DNA of 64,000 bases from Camelus ferus (lineage: Eukaryota), in NCBI RefSeq assembly GCF_009834535.1, contig NC_045696.1, positions 55,120,001 to 55,184,000 of the forward strand, given 5' to 3'. A model generated the notes under the pieces. It saw only the letters and a program-made list of their open reading frames with translations, was not told the origin of the DNA and searched no databases. Below, in pieces: positions 1 to 14,111 of the stretch (its first letter is position 1; each line of letters starts with the position of its first letter). Made by a program: the position numbers and the translations under genes.

Positions 1-689
1 ATTACGTGGACAAAATATGACTGTTGACAAAGAAGGAAGAAAGCAATCCACACAACTACCAATAACAATTTCCTGAGTTCTCAGGGCTATGAGTGAGTCA
101 CAGATGAACAAGGCTTGATCCCTGCCCTTGAGGATTTTAAGTACAGCACAGAAAACACAGCGTGCTCGTACAGGACCTTAACAAAGGCAGCACGTGTGAG
201 GAGCTGATGCACGTGGCAGCTGTTAGCCCCTGCACTGTGGTTACAGCGGCGGAAAACTCAAAAGTGAACCCGACTTGTTCTCCACCTCAGGGCACTTAGA
301 CTCTAGCACTGGATCAAGCTGTACTGAAATGATTACCATGCAAAACCCAAAACAAATAAACGAAACCCTTCAGGAGAAGGACCCTGAGCAGTTGCTAGGG
401 CAGAGTGATCAATTGAAACCAGAAGATGTGGAAGGTGTTGTGGTAGAGATGCCATTGGATCTGGGTCTTGAGAGATGACTTGGCTTTTGAGAGTCATAAA
501 GAGGTCAAAGTCATGCAAGGGCCACATGGAAAACAGGGTTTGTCCTCAAGTCTGCTTCAGTTCCCCTGTGAGAGACCACAGGAATCCCTGGTTGAGGAAT
601 CTGAGTCTAGCCCTGCTCAGAGGCTATGATCTAACCGATCAGCAGCCTCTCCTGTGGACCTAAGCAAAGGAAGTAGAGTCATGGATGCC

Positions 690-1230
690 CACGCATGACT
701 CTGTGCTCAGGAGACAGCACTGCGCAGGCAAGGCACTTAGGTAGGAAAGCGGTGGGGACATTAAAGGGGAAAGAGAGTGGCCCCATGTGGCTGCTGGGGA
801 GGTTGTGAAGGGAGGCAGTCAAGATGATACTAGGAAGGCAAGTACCATGTTGTGGAGGGTCCTGAACACCGTGCATAGAAGCTGAACATGCAAGATTTTT
901 GAACAGAGGATGACAGAACCAAATTTGTGCCAGGTATACAGAAGAGGGGAAATACTAGATGAAGAGAAACCCATTTGGAGGCCACTGCAATAAGTCGGCA
1001 ATATCCATTTTAATGAGTATGATGGCAGTGGAAAGAGGGGTTTGATTCAAGCAATATATCTACAGGAGAATCTCCAGAAGGGAAAGAGATATTAGAAGTG
1101 AAACTGATTGGCTAAAACAACAATGATACTGGTAACCAATGAGAGGGAAGACAGGAGGAAGAGTTTTTAGGAGAGAAGTTAAGCGATGTGGTTTTATTCA
1201 TATTGAATTTGTGATACTGCTGGATACAGA
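690..1230 (-). mobile_element. L2 LINE fragment (ancient, degenerate)
   Basis: Purine-rich degenerate text typical of antisense L2 (e.g. 'ttttgaacagaggatgacagaaccaaatttgtg', 'tttggaggccactgcaataagtc'); recalled resemblance. Confidence 0.6.
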
Positions 1231-1769
1231 AGCAATAGTGAGAAGAAAGCAGAGAAGATGAGAATCAGGCCACTGTAACACATTTTGGGGGCAAAATTAC
1301 ATAAGCTCAGGAGCTGGAAATCCATACCTTCATTCAGCAAATATTTACTGAGCATCTACTATACACCAATGAGATGAAGCATGACCTAGAAAACATATTC
1401 TGGAGAGTAGGATATTGTTGACAAAATTTCAATGGCTGAAAAAGCAAGAGGTGTAGGGCTTGAAGTGAGCAGAGAAAGTTGAAACATACCAGCTATGGGT
1501 AAACTGATTCCACCAGAACAGAAATCACCTCAATGTATCCCAGAGGCTGTGAAAGACAAAACTAAATACGGAGAGAGGAAGGAGAAAAAACCCTAGAAGC
1601 CACAAAGGTTGTATAGAATCCAGCAATTCACTAACAAGTACATAAGAATCAGTTGTGCTTACTTAACAAATGTATTATTTAAATGCAAATGGTGCTGCTA
1701 ATTTTCTTCATTCTTATGTAGGCTAAAGATGAGGCATCTAATGCTGAAGAGAGCAAGGAACCACGGGGA

Positions 1770-1950
1770 CCTGATTTTGTAATTACTCTGCCACTTAGCA
1801 ATATTCCTTGGGCAAGTTACTTAATATATCTGAGCCTCAGCTTCCTTCTCTATGAAACAAGGAAAATAATATTTACTTCACCTTATTTTTGGGAGGATTA
1901 AATAAAATTAATGTGCATAGAATGCCTGGAGCAATCAATGGCAGCTATTA
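1770..1950 (+). mobile_element. MIR SINE
   Basis: MIR core 'ccttgggcaagttacttaatatatctgagcctcagcttccttctctatgaaacaagg...gaggattaaataa'. Confidence 0.85.
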
Positions 1951-2470
1951 GTATCAGATTTTTAAAATCTGTTACTCTCACACTTCTTTCCCTGCTTTGA
2001 GTCAAGCTCTGTCACCACGTTTCTGTATGAGTAAACTATCTGCACATCCTAACAAACAGTCTCTAGTAACTGAGCTTCGTTGGTCCGATTATAATCCATC
2101 CTCTGTAGTACTAGTCCCTGCCCCTGTCCACTTAGCATAATTCTGTACTACAAATGCATGCTTATGCAGTTTTCATTAGAAGAGTAGATGGGGACCATTG
2201 GGCTAGATGGCAGAGCAGAATCGGTCTTTGTTTTCACCTCAAATAGTAATTGTCCATCAAATCTCACCCTGCTCCACCTCTAATCAAATCAGCCTCACAT
2301 AAAAATATTTCTAAATCCTTATATGAACCATTATCTGTAATGCCCAACCCCACTCTCGCCAACCAAATTCACTCCACTCGCTCCACCACATATTCTCAGT
2401 GTCAGTTTGCAGTATCCTAACATTTGTGATGTCCCCTCTTCCTCATGGCCACATCTAAAAGGTCTTGTCT

Positions 2471-2685
2471 TTTTTTCTTTTTTATTGAAATATAGTCTAT
2501 TGACAATGTTGCATTAATTTCTGGTGCGCAGCATAGTGATTCAGTTATATATATACATATTCCTTTTTATATTCTTTTTCATTATAGGCCATTACAAGAT
2601 ACTGAATATAGTTCCCTGTGCTGTACAGTAGGACCTATTTTATGTACACTAGTTAGTATCTGCAAATCCTAAACTCCTAATTTAT
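2471..2685 (-). mobile_element. 5'-truncated L1 3' end (cetartiodactyl/camelid-type), ~215 bp, with TSD
   Basis: Poly(T) followed by 'tattgaaatatagt...acaatgttgcattaatttctggtg...cagcatagtgattcagtt...tatagttccctgtgctgtacagtagg'. Flanked by TAAAAGGTCttGTCT (2456-2470) and TAAAAGGTCcaGTCT (2686-2700). Confidence 0.9.
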
Positions 2686-2699
2686 TAAAAGGTCCAGTC

Positions 2700-3100
2700 T
2701 CTTGAATCAGATGCTGTCTCCCCACTCCCATTCTGCTGCCCAGTTCAAGACCCTCATTACCTCTAACTGATTTCCAGGCTATAATCTGTTCTCTATTCCA
2801 ATCTGCCCTTCACACTACACAAGAGATCTAATTATGTCATTCTTTCCCTGGCTAACTCCTATGAGCTCTGTCCATTGCCACGGGATAAAATCTATACATT
2901 TTAGTTAAGCATCATGGCCCTTTCTATCCCCAGCCTTGCTATCCAGCCCGTCCTTGGTTCCAGTCTCCCAGATATGAAGTACAATTCACTAATTCAAGTC
3001 ATTGCAGGTATTGGTCCCTTCATGTGTAATACCGTCCCACCACTTGTTTGACAGGCAATCTCTTACACTTCCTTTAAAACGCAGTTTAAATGTAACTACT
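2700..3100 (+). mobile_element. L2 LINE fragment
   Basis: Pyrimidine-rich L2-like text ('ccaatctgcccttcacact', 'ccattgccacgggataaaatcta...catggccctt'). Confidence 0.55.
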
Positions 3101-4244
3101 GGTAACAGAGATGGAGGCTAGTTTGCTGAATACTAGAGCTCTGTCCTTAATTAGCCATCTATACCCAGGAGAGGTTCCTAAAGCAATTACCACCATGTAA
3201 GCTAAGGCAAGAAAAAGAACAATTTTTAACTTGGCTTTGGTTTCAAACGCCAAGGGGAAGCCCTGGGTTGGCTAACCCAAGCAAGACTGCCTTGAATTCC
3301 ATTATTTTACTGGGACAAAGAAATTGACTTCTTTTGGTGGGACTTCACGGTAGTTTCCAGATGCCTTTTCTAAGGGTTTGAGAGAAAGGGAAGGGTAGGA
3401 GCTCTCTTCTCTTAAGCAGGAATGCCATGGGTCCTGACTTACCCTCATAACCTTGTGGGAGAACAGACATGGAGCTTTTCACCCACTAGGGGTTCATGTT
3501 TTATGCCTGACACTAAGACCCATCCTCTAGAAAACCTGATCCAATAAATAAGCCTGAACATGACACATCCACCACAGCTCTCCTTCACTGTGGTATGAAG
3601 TCATGTGCCAGAAAGATGCCAACAGGAACTTCCCTGAGGATTTCTTCCCTCTTTCCACTCCCCACTGCCTCTTCCTTCATCTGTGCTCTTTTTGTAATTT
3701 GTAATCAATTTTGTAAATTGATCCCTCTCTGATAGTACTTATCTCTTCTATAATTATTTTTAATATCTATCTTTCCCATTTGACTATCATGTTTAAGAAG
3801 GTAGGAATTATGTTTGTCCCTTGTGGTGCTATATGTCCACTGCCTAACAGAGGGAAAACACCAGCTTATGTGGTGCCTTAATGCTGCTTCCTCCAGCTGG
3901 ACCTGGCCTGTGCTTGGTGAGCAGAGCATGGACTGATTTAATCTCCCCTCCCCACTCTCTGGACACCTAGTGTAGGGCACAATTTGAACAGCTGCCTCCA
4001 GCAACCCTAGACCAGCACAAAGAGGAACCCTTTAAATATTTTTGAATGAGTGAAGAGAGCATAAAGGAATTGCTCTGGAGTGAGAGGAATATAGTGGCGA
4101 TGTAAAGGCTGAGAAAGTCTGAGGCATAAAAATTAATAGAATGTGTGACCAGGATCATTAACGATCCATCAATTTTAGAAAGTTCTTCAATATATGAAAG
4201 CAATAAGAGGGCCTTAAATCTCAAAGAATTTTATAACTAGGAGT

Positions 4245-4375
4245 ATGGCAGCCATATGTTCCAGATCTTCTAGGATAATCCATATTTCAAATCTCCTGTC
4301 TCATTGTCCCCATAAGTGTAATTGAACTTGTCAGAGCTTTTGTCCTAATTTGGGGCTCAGAAAATATAGTCACTG
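4245..4375. mobile_element. hAT-Blackjack (MER94-like) MITE remnant
   Basis: Degenerate termini 'tggcagccatatg' ... 'aatatagtcact' around a ~130-bp body; recalled resemblance only. Confidence 0.4.
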
Positions 4376-4404
4376 ATGAGAAGGTATATTTGATCTTCTT
4401 TTGC

Positions 4405-4545
4405 TCAACATTCTCATTTTACAGATGAGGAAACTGAGATCCACAGAGGCTAAGCAGGTCACCTAACATCACACGGTATATTAATTATAAAACCAGAACT
4501 TAAAACTAGGTCTCTTGACTTCTAACCTATTGCTGTTTTTGTATT
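4405..4545 (-). mobile_element. MIR SINE
   Basis: 'ctcattttacagatgaggaaactgagatccacagaggctaag' is the antisense MIR core. Confidence 0.9.
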
Positions 4546-5564
4546 ATCTTATTCTGTGATCTAACATAGCTCCCAAAAGCCTTTTGTTTGCTGTTGAACC
4601 AACATTCCGCTCCTACTATTAAACCCATTCCTGGGATAGGATGCACTGCCCTGCCACCTCAACCCACCTGCAATCCTTCCATCTTCGAATTATATGATGT
4701 CTCTAATGTCCTATACAGCAGGGTGCTGGGACAAACTCAGCCTACGTTTTTGGATTGAGTGTTTGCAGGGGAAGTTGAGGGAGAAGACAGAGACTGCCTT
4801 CATCAAGGCTGATGGTACAGAAGGGACATAATCACTAGGTAATGTTTCTTAATCACTCCATTCTGAACTCTATACCTCAAAACCCCAGGCTTCCCAGTAT
4901 CAACATCATCCAAGGTGACTTTCTGAGATAAAAGAGGACTGTGAGAACATCTGGTAGGGGATGGCTCAATAATGAAAAAGAACAGGGAATAGCCAGCAGC
5001 CAATCTGAAGCTGCCATTCATAAAGAACCTATCACATAGGGAAAGTGCATATGGAGTTATTAAGAAAAAGGACAGAAAGAGTGGGTAAGTTGAGAATAAT
5101 TAATGTGAGCTTATTATGGGTACTGTGGTGCAGTAATGATAATGAAGTGCTTAAAACCAAGGTGAACACACACTACTGACTGAAGGACTCATGCAGGGTA
5201 AAAACTTGAACATGGAGGGAGGGCAGTTGTAAAAAACGAAGGAGTACAGATACAAGGTGATGTGTGGCTGCTTCAAATAGTGAAATGGAAGAACATCAGT
5301 CAAGCCTTCGATCTCACTTGAAATGTGACTTTGAGCCAATTATTTACTTTCTCTAAGCCTGTTTCGCTCCTTATAAACACAAGAATCAGGCTCCATGATC
5401 TGCAAGCATCTTTTCTGGCTCTAATGTTTCATGCTCCCAACTGAACCATTACCATCTTTTGTTTACTTGCAGAGAATTTTATTTGTAATAAAGTGACTAA
5501 CAATCTGGAGTGTTGGGTTTACCCGATCAATGGAAAATTACAATTTCTAGTGTATATTCTGGTA

Positions 5565-5788
5565 CAGAGGTGGGCAAACTTTTCCTGTAAAATGCCAGGT
5601 AGCAAATATTTTATGTATTGTGGACCATATGGTCTCTGTCATAACTACTCAACTCTGCCCTGTAGCATGAAAGCTGCTAGAGATAATATGTAGACAGCTG
5701 AGTGTGGCTGGGTTCCAATAAAACTTTATTTATAAAAACAAGTCTGGCAGGCGGGATTTGGCCCCCAGTTTCTAGTTTGCCAACTCAA
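5565..5788 (+). mobile_element. MER58A (hAT-Charlie) MITE
   Basis: 'cagaggtgggcaaacttttcctgtaaa...ccatatggtctctgtcataactactcaactctgcc...tgtggctgggttccaataaaactttattt...tagtttgccaac'. Degenerate 8-bp TSD ttctggta/gtctggaa. Confidence 0.9.
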
Positions 5789-6349
5789 GTCTGGAAAATG
5801 GATTATATGTTATTTAATGTAATTTTTTAGGCTTATGTATGTATTAGACATGGTAAGAATGGAATAAAAGCTTTTGAAAAGAAAGTTTGCCCACTTGAGA
5901 ATCCATGTGGACTGCCATATTGCAGAACTCCAAGGACCACCATTCAAGATGACTTTACAGAACACTCTAGGATTCTATCCAATCTAATATGAATGAGGGA
6001 GATGTACAACCTCTATGGCCCTGCTGACGGTATTGATACCTCAATAATAACAGCCTAAAAGGGAAAAATTGGGTATGAAGGAAGGAAAGGAAGTATCTGA
6101 AAAAGGAGTGGTGATGAAATAAAATTCCTATCTCCTACTCCCATCAGAAACTCTATGCCTGCCCTCTCCATCCCATTTCTTCCCCACTCTCCAAAGAAAA
6201 GCTTCTTACCTCAGGAAACAGAGGGCATGTAGTCATTTAAGTTTGAAGTGAATTTAATGATGACTTAACTCCTGGAGGTAGTCCAAGGAACCATGAGGAG
6301 GTAGAAGAGGGCTCCTGAAAGTACACACTGTAGCCCCTTGCTGCTTGTG

Positions 6350-6850
6350 ACCCTTTTAAATTGTCTTATGTGTTTAGATCCCTTCTTCCAGAAACAGCAT
6401 TTATGTACTTTGAGGAGTTACCCACATCAAATCATATGTTCCAGTAGAGGCTACTAATCAGAGTACAGCTACACGCCTAACCATAGCTGATCAATTCAAG
6501 GATGGACATAAGACCCAACCCAGGCCAATCAGAGTTCTTCCCTGGGATGTTTCAAACCAGAACTCAGGGAAGAAGGATAGGCACTTTCTCTGGTAGGGAA
6601 ACCATGAAACAGCTCTCTGTCACTAACACGTGCATGAAGCAAGTCTGAGAGAAAAAAGCTACCACGCAGTGAGACACCAAGAGAAGCGACAGAGTTTGGA
6701 GAACATTCTTATCAATATTCTCAGTTGTATTTTAGGCCCTGTTGTGCCGTTCTCTGACTTAGATTGTGGGGATGCCCTCAGCATCCTTATAAGAAGGTCA
6801 CCTTGTCTGGGCTAATTCAAGTAGTTTTTGCTGCTCTAGATCTGAAAAAT
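6350..6850 (+). mobile_element. Old ERVL/MaLR-class LTR (LTR16/LTR33/MLT1-like)
   Basis: 'ggatggacataagacccaacccaggccaatcagagttcttccctgggat' motif common to old class III LTRs. Confidence 0.55.
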
Positions 6851-7329
6851 GCAGTCCTGTAACTATAAGTTAGTCTTCTTTTCCCCCAGATGGGCACTCT
6901 TGTCTCACACCTTTAAGATTCTGTGTCCTTCCCTTCCCTAGGATTATCCCAAATCCTACTGACTGAGGAAAGGTTAAATTGTCTGCCACTGTACATCAAG
7001 CATCAACCCGACCTCATACTTATGTCCACATGCTAAAAGGGATTCTGGGTGTGGGCACTTCTGTAGTTTGATGGAAAATTCTTGATCTATAGACTTTGGG
7101 TATTACCATAAATAATTCAAACTGCCCCCATCCCCCAATAGCCCTTGGACATGAAAGACAACACAATAGCAACTAAGCACATGACAAGTCACCCATTTCA
7201 CCAAATGGCAGGGAAGAAGCATTACTATTTCAAAAGCTTCAATAATAAATTCTATAAAGTTAGCCAACTGTAGAAACCCCAAATTAGTAAGGTCAATCCC
7301 ACCATTTTGCTTTGTTCTCAATGCTTAGT

Positions 7330-7640
7330 CAGTTAATTGGTATATTAATAAGCAGTATATGAACATGGCACAACCTTGAAAGATTACAAGTGTTTATGGT
7401 GATAAGTAAACCTCCCCTTAACATCCCCTCATCCCCCAGCCGTCCGCTGTCCTCCCTAATGGCAGCAGCTCTTATCAGTTTCTTGACTATGTTTCCAGAT
7501 ATAGTTTGTGTATTTATAAATATATATGCACATATATAACTTCACACAAATGTTAGGTTTACAATGCACATCATTTTGTTCTTTGCTTTTTTCATTAATA
7601 ATGCATCTGTCCTCACCACTTGGAATGAGGCATATGTTAT
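7330..7640 (-). mobile_element. Old L1M(E/C) 3' UTR fragment
   Basis: 'ggcagcagctcttatcagtttcttg...ttccagatatagtttgtgtatttata...ttgctttttt' resembles antisense L1ME 3' UTR. Confidence 0.55.
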
Positions 7641-7759
7641 CTAAAGAACTGAATCTTCTGGTCACATCTGCTTGAAAGCGGTATGTATATAGTCACAGTT
7701 GAACAGATATAAACACCTCCTGAGGTCTCTGTTAGCTATGCTTTGTTTCCCCTTAATAC

Positions 7760-8071
7760 TGTTATAAGATAAACAGAGGCAAGTTAAAATTTTTAAGAGT
7801 TCTTTTGAGCAAGCATTGAGCACCAAACCGGAAGTGGTTGGAGCATTCTACCTACAGAAGATGGGAGAAAGTCTTCTATAGAGAGACACAGCTGATCAGC
7901 TATGGCAGTTGCCTTACTTGGGAAAGAGTGGTTAGATGTTTGTGATTGGCTGTTCTTAGGTCTTGATTTCTTAAACCTTAAGGCATGCCTGGCTTCTGTT
8001 TTGTTTTGCTTACATAAGCTGCCAAGGCATCAGAGCCACTTCAGTCTACTGGCCTCCTAATTAATGTAACA
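7760..8071 (-). mobile_element. ERV1-class solo LTR (MER57/LTR54-like)
   Basis: Minus strand reads TGTTACATTAATTAGGAGGCCAGTAGACTGAAGTGGCTCT...CAGCCAATCAC...AAGGCAA...TTGCTCAAAAGAACTCTTAAAAATTTTAA...TATAACA, with TGTTA/TAACA termini and a CCAAT box. TSD not clearly preserved. Confidence 0.75.
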
Positions 8072-10239
8072 ACAACCAACAACAAGTTTATCTAAAGGAA
8101 AAAGCTCAAACGGGCAAAAAAACAATACTGAAATTTCTAAGTATCTAGCTGCTCGCCAGATCCCAAGTGCACACCTTGACTCTGGAGGATTTGAAGTTTG
8201 AAGCAACATATTTCTTTATACACGGGAGTTGTGAATTTCTGTACCTTATGAAATAGAATAAGCTGTGACGGCTGGGTTCCAAGCCATTTCACTAAATTAA
8301 CATAAGACCAATTCAGCAATGGGTTTTTGAAAAAAAAAATTAGTTTTCTACTAAACTTTTGTTGTTGACATCATGGGAGGTTAATCTGCCTTGGTCATAA
8401 GCAAACTCAGGACTAGACTGAACATTAGTTTATTCTTACACGATCATTTACTTGTAGGTTCTCTTTAAAGGGATATAAATTTTTGCGGCTCAGGAGACTT
8501 ATGAGACAGTCTGAATGGCCAGTTTTAAGTGATTTTTAATCCCTTCTTTGGAAAAGAGACTTTGAAATCTTTCTCTTCTATTGGGCAAATCACTCTATAA
8601 AGAAGAACAGCTGTGACATTTATCATCATTTAAATAGATTAGAGTTGCAAAGCATGCACTGTCCTAGATCTAAGTCCATCATCAATTTTGCATAAGTTTC
8701 TTTGTCTGCTCTGAGGAGATAGTCTGACCCCGGGCAGTGCTGTCCCTAGTCTTTCCTTTTAAATTCCCCCTTTGCTTATGCCTTTCTCTCCCCTCATTTT
8801 AATAGTCCTGCCTTTACTCGAATTGGCCTTCATGCATCACAATATCTGAAGAGTTTTATAGCCATGGCCAAGAAAGTGTTAACAGCTGCCAGATTTGTGC
8901 TGCCTCTATGGAATGTCTTACCAAGTCCAACTCCAGAGAAAATTACATTCTTTGAGCTTCCTTTTACATTGTCTCCTGTCTTTCCATCCCCACTTCTGTC
9001 CATGCAACACACCGACTTCCTATTGCCTTGGATTGGCTGGGGCCCATTGCTGTATGTCTTCCCTGTAAGCCTGCGTTCCCGCCCAAGGAAATGCCATAGA
9101 TCTACAGCCATCCCTCCACTACCCTCCTAATCCAATTTTGTTGTAATGGTAGTTACATAACCAAGTCCACAGACGTCTCCCTTCGCCTGGTTCACCTGGC
9201 ATTTTGGAAAAGGGCAATATTGAAGTCATGGCATGCAGATTACTCCTCTGAAGACGACATCCATGAGATCCCCAACTTCTTTTCTTTCCAGCCGTGTTCA
9301 GCAGTATAACCAGCTCCGGTGCACCAGCTGTGTTCATGGCACTGAGTTACAATCTCTGTGTTAACTCTACTGAGATGATGTGTGATGTGCCTCAGATAGT
9401 CTCACGTTCGCCTGAACATGAACCAGGCTCTCCATTCCACAATGTTTTCTTCCAAGCAGAAGGTTCTTACTCCAGGACACTATGCTTTCTAAGCCCTTTA
9501 TGCTCAAAGTCAGGCCAATTCCTTTAGCTCCCTTTTGACTCAAGAAAAGCAATGATCTTTCTCTTTGAGCTCCCAGATCTATGCTTTCTGCCCATGATCA
9601 AAATTATTTACAGGTTCCTAAATTCCTTCTCTCAGCTGGTACTTCTCAGAATCTACCCAGAGACATTTTTGAATACTTTTTCCTTTGTTCCTGAGATGCA
9701 GCAGCCTACACAGCACTACTGAGCTCAATCTCCAGTCTTTGAATTTCCCTTAACCTTTGCATGATGATCTCTCTCCTATTCGTCCTTTCACTAAATGTCC
9801 CCTCCATGAGACAAATAACAAGGTCCTCCTATCTTAATAGGCCTCTTAGAGGTTCACTTTTCTTTATGGAACCCCAGGGCATCTCAAACCCTCAGTGTTC
9901 CTTCACAATAACCCAGCCAGCATCAGTAGCCCACCTGGATACCACTTAGCACAGAGCTGCCACAAGCATTAGCATAGCAAAGCCCAATTATATCCACACA
10001 CTTCCCCAGTAGTGCCTTTCCCAGGCAACGTTTACCATTTCAAACCCCACATTTGACATTTTATCTCAGCTCCCCCAAAGTCCAGGGGAAGCCAAATTAC
10101 TTTGGCAAAGTTTGATACTGCTTACCTTACTGAGTCATTCCAAAAGAAGTTTGTATAATATCTTTCAAATAGCTGATGAACGAGTTTATGATAACATGTT
10201 AATAACTGGAAACATGCTGGTCAGACCTGTTAATTCACA

Positions 10240-10340
10240 TAGGCCTGGCTTTTAATATTGGTTCAGCTACTCACTAGTTATTTAAACTTGGGCAAGTTCA
10301 GAAACTTTCCCATCCTCAGATTCATCATATTAAATGAGCT
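10240..10340 (+). mobile_element. MIR fragment
   Basis: 'cagctactcactagttatttaaacttgggcaagtt...cctcagattcatcat'. Confidence 0.7.
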
Positions 10341-10839
10341 TCCTTCGTCCACTCTCAGCAGTCGTAGTAATAACATCAATAATATGGCTAGTAGATATGC
10401 AACAAATATTACATGTGCAATCTCTCCTCTCCAGGGTATGTGTGTTTTTTAAGGGGCTACAATATCTTCCTCAATAGGATGACTCTATGAAGTCTTCAGA
10501 AGGATTCTGTTTGAGAAAAAACTTTGGGAAAAAAGGCCTTACAGATGTTTTTGCCATTATGCATATTGGTAACACCTCCCTCTAATTCTGCTGTCAAGAA
10601 CCTCCCTGGCCACATTTCCTACCATTCTCATTCTTTTCCTGTCATTGTCAAATAAGTTTTTGCAGTTTCCTTTTCTAAAGTCTATGTTTCTGATTATATG
10701 ATAGGTGAAATAAATATTTCAAAATTTAGAACTTGGGACGTTCTGTGCAACAGATAATATTAACTCATTCCACAATCAAGTTGCATTTCCAAGTGTAGAG
10801 GACTCTACTACACTGATTACTTGCACATTCCTGCAGCTG

Positions 10840-11325
10840 TCATTGTATTTCCCTGTACAGAACCTGCTCCATCTTTTCTGGCCATATATCTTGTGCTCTT
10901 GACCACAGAAGTATGCAAGAGTCAATAAATAATGTCCAACTGTCTGGCCACCGCTATTGGCCTGGAATTGACAGATGACCCACGCAGAGTCCTGCTCCAG
11001 GACAGTTCTGGCTTGAAGGAGCAGAAGTCATATCTTTCCTCTGTGGTGGCAGGACTTCTGGGAAGTGAGTTCAGGGCTGCAAGTGGCCATGTGCCTTGCC
11101 TTATAGAGAAAGCTTGCCTGTATTAGGAAAAGATGAGGCCAATACATAAGAGAAGCTGAAAAGTGACACAGATTGAGAGAGTCCTGACAGCATCACAGGC
11201 CAGGAAACCAGTTGTTCCTGAGACCAATGCCACCTGTTTTTAAATGATGTGTTCCATGAGCAACCAATTCTCCTTCACTTTGAATGAGAATCTTATTATT
11301 TGTAAGTTAAAAAGTGCTTATTAAT
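10840..11325 (+). mobile_element. Old ERVL/MaLR LTR remnant
   Basis: Degenerate LTR16/MLT1-like body ('gagagagtcctgacagcatc', 'ccagttgttcctgag'). Confidence 0.45.
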
Positions 11326-11619
11326 AAAATTTCTATTATCATGTCCCAACTCTTTAAGAACCAGAACTCCTACCAGAATAAATAGACTGGTCTATGCTAT
11401 GAGAATCCACTCATAATCCTGAGAAAGAGATGCCCTTTATCATTTCCTACTAATACAGCTTGCAATTACCTCTCCTCTCTCTGCTGCCTTACTTCACTAG
11501 TTTACCCCTTCCGCCATCTCTTCCCTTTCTTTGGACGTTTTCATCTCTATCCTCAATCTTAGTTGCATCTAGTCTAAAAAGACCTTCCTCTGATGCTGTT
11601 GTTGCCTCGGCATTCCATG

Positions 11620-12510
11620 TCATTCAGTCAGGGCGTGCCAGGCTCTGCTACAGGGGCAAACAACATCAGCATCTCAGAGGAAACCACAGAGGTTCATTTC
11701 TCATAAGTGCACTGTAGGGCAGGGTGACTCTCTAGAACAAATATATTCTATGTCCCAAATAAAGGATATTCCACCATCCTGTAACTGCACAGTGTACAGC
11801 AATTGCAGTGTATGCAGTTACTGTGGCTGGTACAGGAGAGGAAGAGAAGGATGGAGAATTGCACATGAGCTCCTTAAATGCTTCTGCCCAACACTGAGAC
11901 ACATCACTCTGCAGACATTTTATTGGCCAAAGCAACTCTTATGGTCATGGCTAATTTTAAGGATTCTGTTTGGAGGAAAGCATATTGGATATTAGTGAGT
12001 ATTAGCTGTTTCTACCACATCTCACTCTCCTTTGGTTTTACCACTAGAATTCTTAAGAAATTAGACCAAAATCAATGCAACTTTTTCCCCCACAAACATT
12101 CATTCCTTAACTCCTTGCAGATCTGCTTCTGCACCAGTGACTTGTATCAGTCAGCCTGGGGGAAGGAATGACTTTCCCTCAAACCCAGCAGCTTATAACA
12201 ATAAACATTTCTTTCTTTTCCATGTCATTTACAGACTGCAGGTTGGTTGCAGCTCTGCTGCAGGCTGGAGCTCTGCCTCTTGTGTCTTCCTTTTTGGGAT
12301 CCGGGCGGAATGAGCAGTTCCCACACTTCTGCTCAGACATGACATCCTTTGTATTTGCTTACATGCCTTTAGCCAAAGCACATCGTGTGGCCAAACCCAG
12401 AGTAAGAGAGTCTGGGCTGTACACCCTCCCACAGGAGGCACACAAGGTCTCAGGGCAGAGGGTGAGGGTCCTCAGACAGAGAAGCAGCTCTGAATAGCCA
12501 TGAGCAATAA
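11620..12510 (-). mobile_element. Two MLT1 (MaLR) LTR remnants (~11620-12000 and ~12130-12510)
   Basis: 'catcactctgcagacattttattggccaaagcaa...atggtc' and 'tgcttacatgcctttagccaaagcacatcgtgtggccaaacccagagt' are antisense MLT1 motifs. Confidence 0.65.
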
Positions 12511-12989
12511 CACCATCCAGGCACTGCCCTGTTGGTGCTTTTCTTGTTCCAGTCACCTCCCCTTATGTGGGTACCTTCTTACATGGTTTTAACTATAAAA
12601 TTCTAAAAACAGCACATAAGTTACATCTCTGATATGATTTGTTTCTCTCAAGATGTAACTCAAAATATTAAATCTGCCAGAAATACACATCATGTGGATT
12701 ACAATTCCCATCACCACCCTACTAGCCATGTGCCTGCAGTGTATCCCCTCAGGTTAGCACTCTTCCATGCTTTCCCCTTTCTGTCTGAGGTGGCATTATT
12801 ATCCTGCCCCATCCCCTCCCATATGACCTCAGTGTCATTCTTAAATCCTACTCCTCTGTCTCCCCCACATCTTGTAGGTCAAGTTCTAGCCAATATCCCT
12901 TACTAATGTTTTTTTCCCTCCCATTACGTAATTCAACTCTGATCTGGATACTTCTCACTTAGACTATTTCAATATCTTTCCTATTAGCA

Positions 12990-13530
12990 TATCTTATAAC
13001 CCAGAAATTCCATTCTCACGTGTACACCCTTAAGAATTCTCACACACGCACAGAAAAACTATAAAAATCTTTACTTCAGCATTGACTGGAACAACAAAAA
13101 ACTGAAAAATGTGCACATGGCCATCAACAAGAGAACAGATCGATTCTGGTATGTTCACACAATGAAATAGAGTAATGTACAACAGTGAAAATAAATAAAC
13201 TAAAGCTACATATATCAACATGGATGATTTTCACAACCAAATGTTCACAAAAATAGCAACAGCACAACATGATATCCTTTTGAAAATATTTCAGATCATA
13301 CAAATAATATCATTGTTGTATTAGTAACATAATTTAGTAAAAGTATCTTTTAAAAGCATGGAATTCTTAAATAGCAAAATCATTATCATGGCTCCTCAGC
13401 AGGGGGTGGAGCAGAGGGCTGAGAAGAGGAGGGTGCCTAGAGTGGGTACACACAGCTATTCAACTGTACTCGTGATGTATTTCTTAAGATGGACTGTAGA
13501 TACACAGGGGGTTTTGTTTGTTTATTTTTT
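12990..13530 (+). mobile_element. L1ME-type 3' end fragment
   Basis: 'acccagaaattccattctc...cagcattg...aaaaactgaaaa...catcaacaagagaacagat...tggtatgttcacacaatgaaata'. Confidence 0.8.
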
Positions 13531-14111
13531 ACTCTAAGACTTTAACCCATCAGAAATACTTAATGGTACACTATAAAATTTTTATGTCTCCTAACTAACC
13601 TCTCCATTCTAGACTTTCCCCATCTTAAAGCATTCTGCACATTAGACTGATTAGTCTTTCTAAAATGCCATTTTGCTTTATCTTCTATTGGCAAGTCTCC
13701 AAGTAGTCTCTCCAGCTTGTAAGATAAACTCCACATTCCTTGCATGTCATCCAAAGCTCCCAATAACCTGGAACCTCCCCTATCACCATCTTCTTTACCC
13801 CCTTACCTGAAATATTCTCTTCTTTCCTACCCATTTACTGAAGTCTTACCTTCCCATCCATATCCAATCTACTCATTCTTTTTCCTCCGAATCTGCCTTA
13901 AAGGGTGGAAGAGATGGCCTTCTTTCTTTGGCCCCTTTTCTCCTCTACCCTCTGGGAATAAGTTCCATCAACTTTCCCACTTTCTTTAACTCCCAATGTC
14001 TTCTGTATTCCTTTGTATCCTATAAAACTTCTGTTATCAAGTCTCCTCTTCCAGTCAACTCTGAGGGTGGGGCATCTACCACTTTGCATTCTTGGCATAT
14101 TTTTTAGGTAT

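Noticed and set aside
6210..6314. Minus-strand exon candidate (tttcag|...GAG|gtaag)
   Set aside because: Stops in all three frames and no supporting context. Splice-like pairs occur by chance at this scale.
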